Assembly (NCBI GenBank): GCA_040219255.1
Contig: JAVJSW010000001.1
Span: forward strand, 37,250-101,249
Direction of reading: 5' to 3'
DNA from: Sumerlaeia bacterium
Lineage (GTDB): Bacteria; Sumerlaeota; Sumerlaeia; SLMS01; JAHLLQ01
Length of the DNA stretch: 64,000 bases
This document shows, piece after piece, positions 9,918-19,794 of the stretch. How positions within the stretch are numbered: the stretch's first letter is position 1; every line of letters begins with the position of its first letter. The translations under genes and the position numbers were made by a program. The notes beneath the pieces are model-generated. The model was not told the origin of the DNA and ran no database searches. It worked only from the letters and a program-made list of their open reading frames with translations.

Positions 9918-12900
9918 ATGGATCAGGTGCTTCAACCGCTCTGGTGGCTCGAAGGGTGGGCCATGGGCCTTGGCTGGTGGCTGGTACTGGCGCTTTGGAC
10001 GGTGCTGGCGCTGCCGCTGGCGCTGCGGGTGTTCCGGGGCTTGGCGGATCAGGGCGCCGGCCTGGCCCCGGGATTCGCCATCGCGGCGGTCAGCGCCTTG
10101 GCCTGGCTGATGAGCCTGCGGTGGTTCACTGACCCGACGGCGGCCAAGGTGCGGCTGCTCCTCCTGGTGGTGGCGGGCGGAGCGCTGGCGGCGCTGTTCT
10201 GGAAACGCAAAGCCATCCCACACGCCCCGGCCTATCTGGCGGTGGCCGGCGTGGTGGCGTTCTGCGCGTTCCTCCATCTGCCGCACGGTTTCCTGACAGT
10301 CTGGCTGGGGGCGCTGATGCTGGGGGGCCTGAGCGTCCTGGCCTGGTGGGGCGAGCTGGGGACCCTGATGCGGCGCTGGCGCCAGGTGCGCGTGCCGTTC
10401 CTCGTCTCGCAGATCGTTCTGCTGCTGGGCTTCGCGTTCTTTGTGCAGGTGCGGGCGATCATCCCATGGGCGACCTTCGACCCGGGCGAGTCGGGCGCCG
10501 AGAAGTTCGGCAACCTGACCCACCTGAACGCGGTGATGATGGCGAGCAGCCTGCCGCCGAGCGACCCCTGGTTCCACGGCCAGCCAACCAACTACTACTA
10601 CGGCGGGCACCTGGTGGTGGCGACCATCGCCAAGGCGACTTTCACCGACACAGGCGAGGCGTTCAATTTGGGGCTGGCGACGATTTTCGCCCTGACGCTT
10701 TGCCTGGGCTTTTCGCTGACCTACAACATGGTGCATTGCCTGCCGAGGCCCCGCTTGGGCGCCGTGCGATGGAGCCATGGGTTGGGCTGGGGCATGCTGG
10801 GGGCGCTCGCCATCGGGATGTTCGGGAACCTGGACGCGGTGCAGCAGGCGATGGTTCGCAAGAGCGACGCCATCGAGCGCACGATCCGGACCGATTTCGA
10901 GCGCGAGTTGAAGCGCCAGCAGATGGTGGACGAGGAAGCCCTGACGGCGGCGGAGGCGGCGGCCCTGCCGAACCGCGAGGTGGATCGGCAGTTCATCGAA
11001 GCCTTTCCCGATCCGCAGAAGCAGCGCGAGTTGGCGGAGGCGCGGACGGAGCCGCTGGCGGAGGAGTTGGCGCGTGCGAGTCAGGGGGCGCTGATGCCCC
11101 AGTTTTCGGCGACATCGCTGGCCATGACCGATTTCTGGCGCAGCAGCCGCACCTATAAGTCTTCGCCCCCGGGGATGAACCAGAGCGGCACGGTGACGGA
11201 GTTCCCTTACTTCAGCGCGATCCTGGGCGATCTGCATCCGCATCATATGGCGCTGCCGTTCACGCTGCTGGTGCTGTCGGCGATGGTATCGCTTTTGAGG
11301 AAAGCGCGCCGGTTCATCCCCACGCCGACCGATAGCGATTGGTGGCGCCGGTGCGCGATCGACGTGTGCGCCATGGGTTTGGGCATCGGATTTGTTTTCC
11401 CGGTGAATATCTGGGATGCGGTCGTGCTGGCGCCGGCGATCGGTCTGGTGCTGCTTGTGGCGGTGTACCGGGTGGGGCCGTTCCTGGAGCGAATGGAGCG
11501 TGACCTCTGGGGCGCGGTGGCGTTTGCCGGATTTGGAATTCTGCTGTCGCTGGGGTTGGCGCTTGTGCTGAACGCGCGGGCGGAGGCGGTGCCGGTATTC
11601 ACGGTGGCGCCGCTGTGGTTGCTGGCGGTGGTGGCGGTCGTGGTGGCACTGGGGGTCTTTCCGCTGGGCAGTTTGTACGGCATCGCCCTTTTCGTGGGGG
11701 CGGTGTTCCTGGTTTGCGGCGGAGGATTCGCGGCAGGCATCTCCGCCGAATCCAACGGCCTGCTGATCGGCGCCCGCGATGGGTTGCTGTTCATTGGCGT
11801 GATGGTGGCGGCCGCGCTTCTGACGGGCGAATTCTCGACCCGGCGCCGGGGGCGCATGCGGCCGATGGACGGCGTCCGGCGCTTCGCTCTGGCCGGTTCG
11901 GCGTACGCCCTTTGCGGCGGCCTGGCGCTGCTGACGATTCTGCCCTTCAAAGCCTACTTCGCTTCGCCCGTCGCCAAGACCGAGCCGATCATGGCCTCGG
12001 TGCTGCCGCCGGTGCCCGATCCCGGCTTGATGGAGAGCGGTGTGCGACTGATGGACGAGTTCTGGAAGCGGTCGGCCATCAACCCCTTCCCCGCGAACCT
12101 GCGGACCGAGTTGAGGGATTACCTCGTGTACTGGGGATTGTTCCTGGTGCCGGTGATGGCGTTGATTCTGGTCCGGTTGTTTCGCGGCGCGCGCCGGGTG
12201 AACGGTGGCGTGGCCTTCGCCGCCTTTGGCGGGTTGATGGCGCTGTTCGCCTACACGCGCCACGCGCTGACGACATGGACCGGGCCGGTGGCGTTGGCGT
12301 TGCTGGCGGTGTCGCTGGTTATGGCGTTCCGCAAAGGCTCCCGCGCCCGCGACGAAGCGCCCGTCTGGGCCTTCCTCGCGGTGGCGTTTTTCTTCCAGTG
12401 GTTCGTCGAGGGCCTGCACTTCGACGACAACATGAGCGGCGTCAACGAGCGCTACAACACGGTCTTCAAGATCATTTATCCGCTATGGCCGATGATGGCG
12501 GTGGCGGCGATTTTCGCGCTGGCGGGGCTGGGCCGATGGCTGACGAATCGCGCAGCGGGTTCGCGTGAAGGCGACGATTCGCTCCGCGGCCGCCTGACCG
12601 ATCCCTATCTGGCGGGCGGGGTCTTCGGCGGGCTGGTCGCCGTGCCGTGGATTCTGGGGGTGCTTGGCATGGGCGCGATTCAGGGGTTCTGGTATCTGCT
12701 CTGTGTCGTGGTGGCGGTGATCGTGATGGCGGCGCTCGCCCTGCAAGTCTTCGTTCCCGGCCTCAAGAGCGGCAACGGAGCGCTGGGCTGGCTGGCGCTG
12801 GTGGCGAGGACTTCGCCCGCGTGGCTGCTGGCGGCGGCGATGCTGCTGCTGGGAATGGTGTATCCCTATGGCGCCACGGCGAACCGGACGAACGATATGC

Positions 12901-13682
12901 AGGCCGGCGGTGCGCCGTTCTGGGTGCAGGAAAACGAGCGGGCGCGCTGGGAGGAAAAGACCCTGGACGCGATCGCTTACATGAAGGTCAAGGAGCGGGG
13001 CCGCTTTGCCGGCGACGCGGAAGCCATCGCCTTTGTCCGAGAAGAAATCCCCCGCGGCAGCGTTATCCTGGAAGCCCCCGGCATCGAACCCTACGGCCCC
13101 GGCGGGCGATTCGCCGCCACCACCGGGCGCCCGACGCTGATGGGCTGGATGCACCATGAACTGCAATGGCGCGGCTGGGGCATCCCGGCCCAGGCCCACC
13201 TGATCGAACGCTATGGAGCCCGGTTCAACGTCGACGAACTCGGGGTGCGGGAGGCCGTCAGGACGGCCCTCGGCGGCGGAGGCTACGACGCGGAAGTGGT
13301 CGCGAAGGTCAAGCGCCTCGCGACGCTGCCCGAAAAAGACCGTGAGAACGGTCTGGAGGAATCCTTTCCGGAGTTCGACGAGGACAAGCGCGAGCGCATC
13401 CTCGAAAACCTGAAGGACGCCAAGCGCCCCACAATGGTCGAACTGGGAGGCAAACTCTCGCAGGACGCCACGGACATCTATCAGGCGGAGACGCTGCCGC
13501 GCGATCTGATGGAATTCTACGGCATCGATTACGTGGTGGTGGGGGCGCTGGAGCGCGAGCGCTACACGGAGCGGCAACTCGAGAAGTTCGAGGCGCTGGA
13601 AAAAGTCTTCGAGCAGAAAAACGAGCAAGGGCTGCCGGTGAAAAACGGGACCGCGATTTACCGCGTGGGAGGTGAGCAATGA
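9918..13682 (+). CDS. Large polytopic membrane protein, YYYxG (TIGR03662 / DUF2298 'chlor_Arch_YYY'-like) family
   Basis: 1254 aa; more than 20 predicted TM helices; signature FHGQPTNYYYGGHLV; C-terminal roughly 400-aa soluble domain; stop overlaps next gene start (ATGA). Confidence 0.8.
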   Translation: MDQVLQPLWWLEGWAMGLGWWLVLALWTVLALPLALRVFRGLADQGAGLAPGFAIAAVSALAWLMSLRWFTDPTAAKVRLLLLVVAGGALAALFWKRKAIPHAPAYLAVAGVVAFCAFLHLPHGFLTVWLGALMLGGLSVLAWWGELGTLMRRWRQVRVPFLVSQIVLLLGFAFFVQVRAIIPWATFDPGESGAEKFGNLTHLNAVMMASSLPPSDPWFHGQPTNYYYGGHLVVATIAKATFTDTGEAFNLGLATIFALTLCLGFSLTYNMVHCLPRPRLGAVRWSHGLGWGMLGALAIGMFGNLDAVQQAMVRKSDAIERTIRTDFERELKRQQMVDEEALTAAEAAALPNREVDRQFIEAFPDPQKQRELAEARTEPLAEELARASQGALMPQFSATSLAMTDFWRSSRTYKSSPPGMNQSGTVTEFPYFSAILGDLHPHHMALPFTLLVLSAMVSLLRKARRFIPTPTDSDWWRRCAIDVCAMGLGIGFVFPVNIWDAVVLAPAIGLVLLVAVYRVGPFLERMERDLWGAVAFAGFGILLSLGLALVLNARAEAVPVFTVAPLWLLAVVAVVVALGVFPLGSLYGIALFVGAVFLVCGGGFAAGISAESNGLLIGARDGLLFIGVMVAAALLTGEFSTRRRGRMRPMDGVRRFALAGSAYALCGGLALLTILPFKAYFASPVAKTEPIMASVLPPVPDPGLMESGVRLMDEFWKRSAINPFPANLRTELRDYLVYWGLFLVPVMALILVRLFRGARRVNGGVAFAAFGGLMALFAYTRHALTTWTGPVALALLAVSLVMAFRKGSRARDEAPVWAFLAVAFFFQWFVEGLHFDDNMSGVNERYNTVFKIIYPLWPMMAVAAIFALAGLGRWLTNRAAGSREGDDSLRGRLTDPYLAGGVFGGLVAVPWILGVLGMGAIQGFWYLLCVVVAVIVMAALALQVFVPGLKSGNGALGWLALVARTSPAWLLAAAMLLLGMVYPYGATANRTNDMQAGGAPFWVQENERARWEEKTLDAIAYMKVKERGRFAGDAEAIAFVREEIPRGSVILEAPGIEPYGPGGRFAATTGRPTLMGWMHHELQWRGWGIPAQAHLIERYGARFNVDELGVREAVRTALGGGGYDAEVVAKVKRLATLPEKDRENGLEESFPEFDEDKRERILENLKDAKRPTMVELGGKLSQDATDIYQAETLPRDLMEFYGIDYVVVGALERERYTERQLEKFEALEKVFEQKNEQGLPVKNGTAIYRVGGEQ

Positions 13683-16330
13683 GTACGAAAACTCTGATCG
13701 CCTCCCTCTCCGACGACAAAGGACAACCGATGACCAACGCCCAGGAATCCCTCGAAATCAAGGAAGCGGCTTCGCCCCTGGCAGCCGCCCCAGCTCCGCC
13801 GAGCTGGTGGACGCCGTGGCGCATCGCCTTCTTCGTCCTCCTGGTGGCCACCTGTTTCTTCACGCGGTTCTACGACCTGGGCACGCGGCCCATCATGCAC
13901 GACGAGTCGCTCTTCGTTTACTACACGGAATTCCAGCTCCACCGCGAACTGAGCTACAAATACATGCCGATCCTCCACGGACCGGCCATGCTGCACATCC
14001 AGGCCCTGGTGTTCCACATATTCGGCGTCAGCGACTACACGATGCGCATCGGTGTGGCGGCGCTCGGGTTCTTCGGACTGTTTTGGATTTGGGCACTCAG
14101 GCGATGGCTCGGCAACGTGGGCATTTGGGTCGCGATGGCGTTCTATGTGTTCTCGCCGGCGCTGATGTTTTATCAGCGATTCTACCGGAACGACGCGCTC
14201 TTCGCGTTCACGACGCTGTGGATTTTCGCGTCGGCGGTGCGATGGTGGCACAGCCGCGATGCGCGCTGGGCGGCCAGCTTCATCCTGGCCTGCACGATCC
14301 TGTTCTGTAACAAGGAAAGCAGCCTCTTCATCTACTTCACGGCTATCACGTTCTTTGTGATGCTGATCGTGCATGACTTGGCGGCGTGGTTGCTGCGCGA
14401 TAAATCGACGAATCGGGTCGTGGAGAAGCCCCCCTTCATTCACCCCGCCATCGGCGCCGGAATCGTGTTCGTGTTTGTGACACTGGTGCTGACGCGCGTG
14501 TTCGAAGGCATTGCCTACGAAGCCTCCGTGGTGCGGGCCATCGGAAAGGATTTTGTCCTGAAGGACGTGCGCAGCATTCCCATGGCGCTGGGCTGGCAAC
14601 CGGCTGTCGAAGACGTCGGCCGGGCCGGCGATCCGGGGACGTGGCGGATCTTCTACGTGGTGCTGGCGGCCGGGTCGCTGGCGCTGATGGTGGCGCTGAA
14701 GAAAGCCATCGACGGCGGCTGGGGCCGCAGCGCTTTCCTGAGCGATTACTGGGGTTCGGTCCGCAAGGCTCGCTGGTGGATTCTCGGCGCCCTGGGCCTT
14801 GGATTCTTCCTCTACATGGCGATTTTCACCACATACTTTCTCAACACCAAAGGCCCCTTCGAACTCTACAAGGACACGCTGGCGTACTGGATGGGTCAGA
14901 ACGCCCAGCATCGCATCAAGGGCCCCTTCCACATGCACTTGGTCAATATGCTGATTTACGAACTGCCGATGATGACCACGGTGCTGGTGGCGGCGATCGT
15001 GGCGAGTTTGCGCATCGCCTGGAACCGCGTCACCCCGGTCAGTTTGTTCCTGGTGGCGGTGGCGTTTTTCGGGTTCCACGCGCTCTTTTTCCGCGGCTCC
15101 GAGCAGCCCATGATCTACTTCCTGGCGCTGACCATCGGATGCGTGGCGCTGGGCATCGCCCTGCTGCTGCGGCCGCATTGGGGCACAGTCTTGTATCCGC
15201 TGGGTTTCGCCCTGTTTCTGGTTTTCTCCGCGCAATACCTGGGCAGCACGGAAATGGACACTTACCTGACCGAGCCGCACGTGGTCGATGGCGTTCAGAT
15301 CGATCCTTCGGGCCGGGTTCATCTGGACGAAACGCTGTCGCTGGAGCATCCCTTCCACCTGTTCCTCATCGCGTTCCTGGTGCTGGGCGGGACGGTGCTG
15401 ACATGGCACAAGATCGACCGGGGCGAGCGCTTCCACGGGCTCGCCATCTGGTGGCTGATCACCAACATCGGCGCCGTGTCCTATGCGCGCGAGAAAGTGC
15501 CATGGGTGGGCATCCACCTGGCACTGCCGCTGGTGTTCCTGACGGGCCTCTGGGCCCAGAAATGGGCGGTGCGGCTGGCGGAGAAGAAAGGCACCTGGCG
15601 CGGCGTATCCGTCGGCCAGACGGTGGCCATGGCGCTGCTGGCGGTGGCGCTCCTGTGGCAGAGCAAAGCGGCCTTCCAGCTCTGTTTCCGCAACCATTGG
15701 GACATCCGCGAGCGACTGATCTTCAGCATGACCCCCGACGACCTGAAGCACCACGCCGACATGGTGCAGCGCTACGCCGAAGTGGCCGGCATCCGCACCA
15801 CGCCCCATCACTTCCAGGGAACCACCAATAACCCCACGGTGGCGGAATGGCTGGCCTTCTACAACGATCCGAAGCGCGAGAAGGACGTCCAGATCCTGGT
15901 CAAGGCGGAGGCCACGACCTGGCCCTTGATGTGGTATCTGCGCGACCTGGACTACACCCAATGGGTCGATCCGAAAACCGCCGTTGAGCAGGACTACGAG
16001 TTTCTGTTCCTGGAGGCCGCGCAGGAAAACAACGTCCCCGGCCTAAAGGACAAGTACCACGTCATCAAGGGGCGGGCACGTATGTTCTGGACCCCGAAGG
16101 TTCTGGAGTGGGACAAGCTGGTGGATGCGTGGAAGCTCCTGATTCCGGGCCATTACCTAAACACATCGCCCCAGCGCGCCGAGGCCGACGCCGCCAAGCA
16201 AGAGTGGGACAAGCTGAAGAACTACGTCCTGCATCGCCACACGTTTGACCGCAATGACGCGTATTGGCCCACGGTTTCCAGCCAGGGCGATTACCTGTTC
16301 TGCATCCACAAGGACCTGCCGCCATTTTAA
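13679..16330 (+). CDS. GT-C-fold membrane glycosyltransferase-like protein (TIGR03663-like; PMT/ArnT-related N-terminus with invariant DE and HGP)
   Basis: 883 aa; N-terminal multi-TM region with ...IMHDESLFVYY...YMPILHGPAML... (DE dipeptide plus HGP tripeptide typical of TIGR03663/GT39-like proteins); translationally coupled to upstream YYY protein. Confidence 0.75.
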   Translation: MSTKTLIASLSDDKGQPMTNAQESLEIKEAASPLAAAPAPPSWWTPWRIAFFVLLVATCFFTRFYDLGTRPIMHDESLFVYYTEFQLHRELSYKYMPILHGPAMLHIQALVFHIFGVSDYTMRIGVAALGFFGLFWIWALRRWLGNVGIWVAMAFYVFSPALMFYQRFYRNDALFAFTTLWIFASAVRWWHSRDARWAASFILACTILFCNKESSLFIYFTAITFFVMLIVHDLAAWLLRDKSTNRVVEKPPFIHPAIGAGIVFVFVTLVLTRVFEGIAYEASVVRAIGKDFVLKDVRSIPMALGWQPAVEDVGRAGDPGTWRIFYVVLAAGSLALMVALKKAIDGGWGRSAFLSDYWGSVRKARWWILGALGLGFFLYMAIFTTYFLNTKGPFELYKDTLAYWMGQNAQHRIKGPFHMHLVNMLIYELPMMTTVLVAAIVASLRIAWNRVTPVSLFLVAVAFFGFHALFFRGSEQPMIYFLALTIGCVALGIALLLRPHWGTVLYPLGFALFLVFSAQYLGSTEMDTYLTEPHVVDGVQIDPSGRVHLDETLSLEHPFHLFLIAFLVLGGTVLTWHKIDRGERFHGLAIWWLITNIGAVSYAREKVPWVGIHLALPLVFLTGLWAQKWAVRLAEKKGTWRGVSVGQTVAMALLAVALLWQSKAAFQLCFRNHWDIRERLIFSMTPDDLKHHADMVQRYAEVAGIRTTPHHFQGTTNNPTVAEWLAFYNDPKREKDVQILVKAEATTWPLMWYLRDLDYTQWVDPKTAVEQDYEFLFLEAAQENNVPGLKDKYHVIKGRARMFWTPKVLEWDKLVDAWKLLIPGHYLNTSPQRAEADAAKQEWDKLKNYVLHRHTFDRNDAYWPTVSSQGDYLFCIHKDLPPF

Positions 16331-16524
16331 GGAGTCATGGCCGTCGTGGCCATGATCAGCGGGCCTCGGCCCACGCCGCGACGCCTGCTGGCGGGAGCGC
16401 ATGAAAAAGGCGGCGGCGCCCCAAGATGCCCTTTGTAATCCGCGGCAACCCGGTGCAGCCTCTGTCCGGTTTGCGCCGGGCAGTGAATCGGCGCGCCATT
16501 TTTCATTTTTTCCAGGACTCCTAC

Positions 16525-17880
16525 ATGCCCACTTTCGCCGAACTCCAACTCGATCCCGCCCTCCTCGCCGCCGTGGAGGGCATCGGTTGGCATACGCCCA
16601 CGGAGATCCAGCAGCGGGCCATTCCGCCCCTGATCGAAGGCCGCGATTTCCTAGGCCGTTCTCAGACCGGCACAGGCAAGACGGGCGCCTTCGCGCTGGC
16701 GCTGCTGCAAAGCATCCTGGCCGAGGGCGAGGAGCGCGATCACCGCATCCGGGCGCTGGTGATGGCGCCGACGCGCGAACTGGCGGCCCAGGTCCACCTG
16801 AACCTGAGCACCCTGGCGGCCCGCACGGAACTCAGGGGCCTGCTGGTTCGCGGCGGCGAGGACACCATGGAGGCCGAGGAACACGCACTGCGCCAAGGCG
16901 CCGCCTGGATCGTCGCTACACCGGGGCGCCTGCGCGATCACCTCACGCGGGGCAACTACGTCGATACGTCGGCGGTCCGGATCCTGGTGGTCGACGAAGC
17001 GGACGAAATGCTGATCCTGGGCTTCCTGGAGGACTTACAGGCCATCGTGTCTTGCCTGACCTGTCCCGAACGCCAAACGATTCTCTTCGGCGCCACGCTG
17101 CCGCCGGACTTGCAGCAGTTGGCGCATACTCTCCTCACCCGGCCGGTGCGGATGGACGTCGGCGAAGCGGGCGCTGCGGAAACCGTGACAGAGGAAGCGT
17201 GGCCCGTGGCCCATGAGCAGAAGCTCGAATTCCTGCTGGCGCTCTCGGAGGCGGAGCAGATCGACCGGGCCCTGGTCTTCGTGCGCACCAAGGTGCGGGC
17301 CGAGAAGCTGGTGGCCCGGCTTCTCCGCAAGGATATCGCCGCCGTCGCTCTGCACTCCGACCGCCCCATGCACGAACGACGCCGGGCGCTGGAGACCTTC
17401 CAAAACGGCGAGGCGCGCTTTCTGGTGGCGACGGATCTGGCGGCGCGGGGGCTGGACATCCCAGGCGTCGAATGGGTCGTGAACCTCGACGTGCCATTGG
17501 CGCCCGAGGACTATGTCCACCGCATCGGCCGCACGGGCCGCGCGGGGCGCAAGGGCCGCGCCGCGACCTTCATGTCCCTGGCCGAGCAGGTTCTGGTCGC
17601 CAAGATCGAGCACTACACCCGCAAGCGCTTGCCCGAACGACGCCTCGAAGGCTTTGCCTACGAGGTGGAAGACGCCGACGCGGTGCGGGAAATCCAAGCC
17701 CGCGAGCGCGCCCCCGCCGATTACAGCACCCGCAAGACCCACAAGGACCGCAAGAAATCGCCCTTTACCAAGGGCGGGGAGGCCCGGCGCGGCTTTGAAG
17801 TCTTCGATGCGGACAAGCACTACAAGAAGAAGGCCAAAAAGCGCTTCAAAATGAAGAAGCGCCTGCCGCACGAACGCTGA
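16525..17880 (+). CDS. DEAD-box ATP-dependent RNA helicase
   Basis: Motifs TGTGKTGAF (I), PTRELA (Ia), VVDEADEML (II), ARGLDIP (V), HRIGRTGRAG (VI); basic C-terminal tail. Track ORF starts at 16426, but conserved N-terminus begins at Met 16525 (MPTFAELQL...). Confidence 0.9.
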   Translation: MPTFAELQLDPALLAAVEGIGWHTPTEIQQRAIPPLIEGRDFLGRSQTGTGKTGAFALALLQSILAEGEERDHRIRALVMAPTRELAAQVHLNLSTLAARTELRGLLVRGGEDTMEAEEHALRQGAAWIVATPGRLRDHLTRGNYVDTSAVRILVVDEADEMLILGFLEDLQAIVSCLTCPERQTILFGATLPPDLQQLAHTLLTRPVRMDVGEAGAAETVTEEAWPVAHEQKLEFLLALSEAEQIDRALVFVRTKVRAEKLVARLLRKDIAAVALHSDRPMHERRRALETFQNGEARFLVATDLAARGLDIPGVEWVVNLDVPLAPEDYVHRIGRTGRAGRKGRAATFMSLAEQVLVAKIEHYTRKRLPERRLEGFAYEVEDADAVREIQARERAPADYSTRKTHKDRKKSPFTKGGEARRGFEVFDADKHYKKKAKKRFKMKKRLPHER

Positions 17881-17892
17881 GGCGGAACCGGG

Positions 17893-19665
17893 TCAGACCG
17901 CCATCTTGCGCTGCGAATCGCCACTGGGATGCAGTTCACGATCGATTTCACCGTTCGGAATGGCGGAGGCGGCTTCCGGGTTGAGAGGAAACCACAGAGT
18001 CACCCGCGCTCCGCAGGGGTCGCGTTTTTCGAACTGGGCGCGGCCATTGTGGACTTCGACGTGGCTTTTCACGATCGACAGCCCCAAGCCCGTGCCACCG
18101 GGTTTTTCCGTGTAAAACGGCGTGAAGAGCCGCGCGAGGGCTTCGTCGCTGAATCCGGGGCCCGAGTCCTCCACGATGATGGCGACCCCCCGCACGCCGT
18201 TTTCGTCTTCCTGCACCTCCGTGGTCAGGACGATTTCACCCCCCAGGCCCGCCAGTTGAACGGCCTCGATGGCGTTGCGGCACACGTTGGAGATGGCTTC
18301 TTCGACGCGTTCGCGGCAAATCAGAACGTCTGGCAGGTGCGGCGCCAGGTAGGTCCGCACGACAGGCGCCCCGGTATCCGAATCGGCGCCCTCGGACTCG
18401 AACCGCAGCAGCGTCGCGGCCCGCTCGACCATGGCATTGATGTCCTCCGGCTCGAAGGTCACGGCGGGTTTCTTCGCCATGTTCAGGAGCTGCCGCACCT
18501 TGCGGTCGATGGCTTCCACCTCTTCCGAAATGATCTCCAGGTGGCGCAGGAATCGGGTTCGATGGGGGAAATCCTCATCCGACATGTCGTCCAGCTTGTC
18601 GCGCATCATTTCCGTGTACCCCTTGATGGGGCCGAGCGGATTCTTGATTTCGTGAGCGATGCGGGCGGCGGTTTCGCCCACCACGGAGAGGCGCTCGGCG
18701 CGGCGCAGGCGCTCGCGCGTGTCGCGGAGCTGGAGCTGCGAGTCGCGGAACAGTTCGCGGTACTCCGCCACCCGCCGGAACATCACCCGGTCGAACATCG
18801 AACGCACCCGCGGCATGCTGGCCGCGATCACGAACAAGACGATGGTGACGAAGATGGTTGCCTGCACCGTGCGGGCCAGCAGCACCTTGCCCGCGACGCC
18901 CTCGTAGGCGGTGTAGAGCAACACGCTGACCGCGAAGCCCACGAGGACCGCGGCGGTGTAGTAAATCCAGCGCGAGAGCGCCATGGGGCGCTCGATCTCC
19001 TCCTGGCGAATGACCGCCAGGATGCTGAACTGGGCGATGAAAACGGCCAGCAGGCTTGGGCTCGGGGCCAGGGTTTCACCGCTGGTCTTCGTCGTGACGG
19101 CGAAAACCGAGGCGAAGGCGATGGGGCCGATGATGACGATCGAGAGATGCTTGCAAAGCGTCCGCACCGGGCTGGGGCCGATGGTTTCGTAGCGCACCGC
19201 CAGAACCACCATGCACCCCAGCACCATCACGATGCCGTAGAAAGTGGGCCAGACGCCCCCGGCCTCGAAGAAGGCGCGCCACTGCTCGCCGGTGTAGAAA
19301 TTGCTCGTCAGTTTTTCCTGAGCCAGGACCCGGTAGTCCAGCAGCGGCGTCAGCAGCACCGGCGGCAAGAACAACGCCGCCAGCACCCAAGGCTGGGTCC
19401 AGCCGGGGCGGAAAGGCTTGGGCCGAGTGCCGACGAAGTACAACAGGTTGGCGGGTACGAGAAGGAGCGCGAAGCACGCCAGGGCCAGGACACGGGACTC
19501 GTGCATCCACTCCCAGGCCTGAACCCCGGCGGACCACAGAATCAGCGAAATCGCATTCACCACCAGGAAGAATCCCGACCGCGTCCGGTCCCGTTCCCGC
19601 ACCACATAGGCGATGATGATCAGGTTGAGGAGGATGATGGCGGTGATGGGAATCCAGTGTAACAT
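17893..19665 (-). CDS. Sensor histidine kinase with N-terminal multi-TM sensor domain
   Basis: 590 aa; about 8 N-terminal TM helices; HisKA H-box (AARIAHEIKNPL), HATPase_c (DSGPGF...GTGLGLSIVK). Confidence 0.85.
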   Translation of the reverse strand: MLHWIPITAIILLNLIIIAYVVRERDRTRSGFFLVVNAISLILWSAGVQAWEWMHESRVLALACFALLLVPANLLYFVGTRPKPFRPGWTQPWVLAALFLPPVLLTPLLDYRVLAQEKLTSNFYTGEQWRAFFEAGGVWPTFYGIVMVLGCMVVLAVRYETIGPSPVRTLCKHLSIVIIGPIAFASVFAVTTKTSGETLAPSPSLLAVFIAQFSILAVIRQEEIERPMALSRWIYYTAAVLVGFAVSVLLYTAYEGVAGKVLLARTVQATIFVTIVLFVIAASMPRVRSMFDRVMFRRVAEYRELFRDSQLQLRDTRERLRRAERLSVVGETAARIAHEIKNPLGPIKGYTEMMRDKLDDMSDEDFPHRTRFLRHLEIISEEVEAIDRKVRQLLNMAKKPAVTFEPEDINAMVERAATLLRFESEGADSDTGAPVVRTYLAPHLPDVLICRERVEEAISNVCRNAIEAVQLAGLGGEIVLTTEVQEDENGVRGVAIIVEDSGPGFSDEALARLFTPFYTEKPGGTGLGLSIVKSHVEVHNGRAQFEKRDPCGARVTLWFPLNPEAASAIPNGEIDRELHPSGDSQRKMAV

Positions 19666-19794
19666 GAAAACTTGACAGTCTCCCGGCCTGCACCGACGAG
19701 TGAAGCAATCGGGTGGCGCCTTAGCGAGACGAAAGTGCTCTGGAATGTGCCGTGAGAGCCCAATGAGACTTCGAAGCGGGAAGGAATTTCCCCA

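Noticed and set aside
16336-16354. 19-bp perfect palindrome catggccgtcgtggccatg immediately after the GT-C gene stop
   Set aside because: No U-tract, so not a clear terminator. It could be a regulatory/structural element in the helicase 5'-UTR, but there is insufficient evidence.
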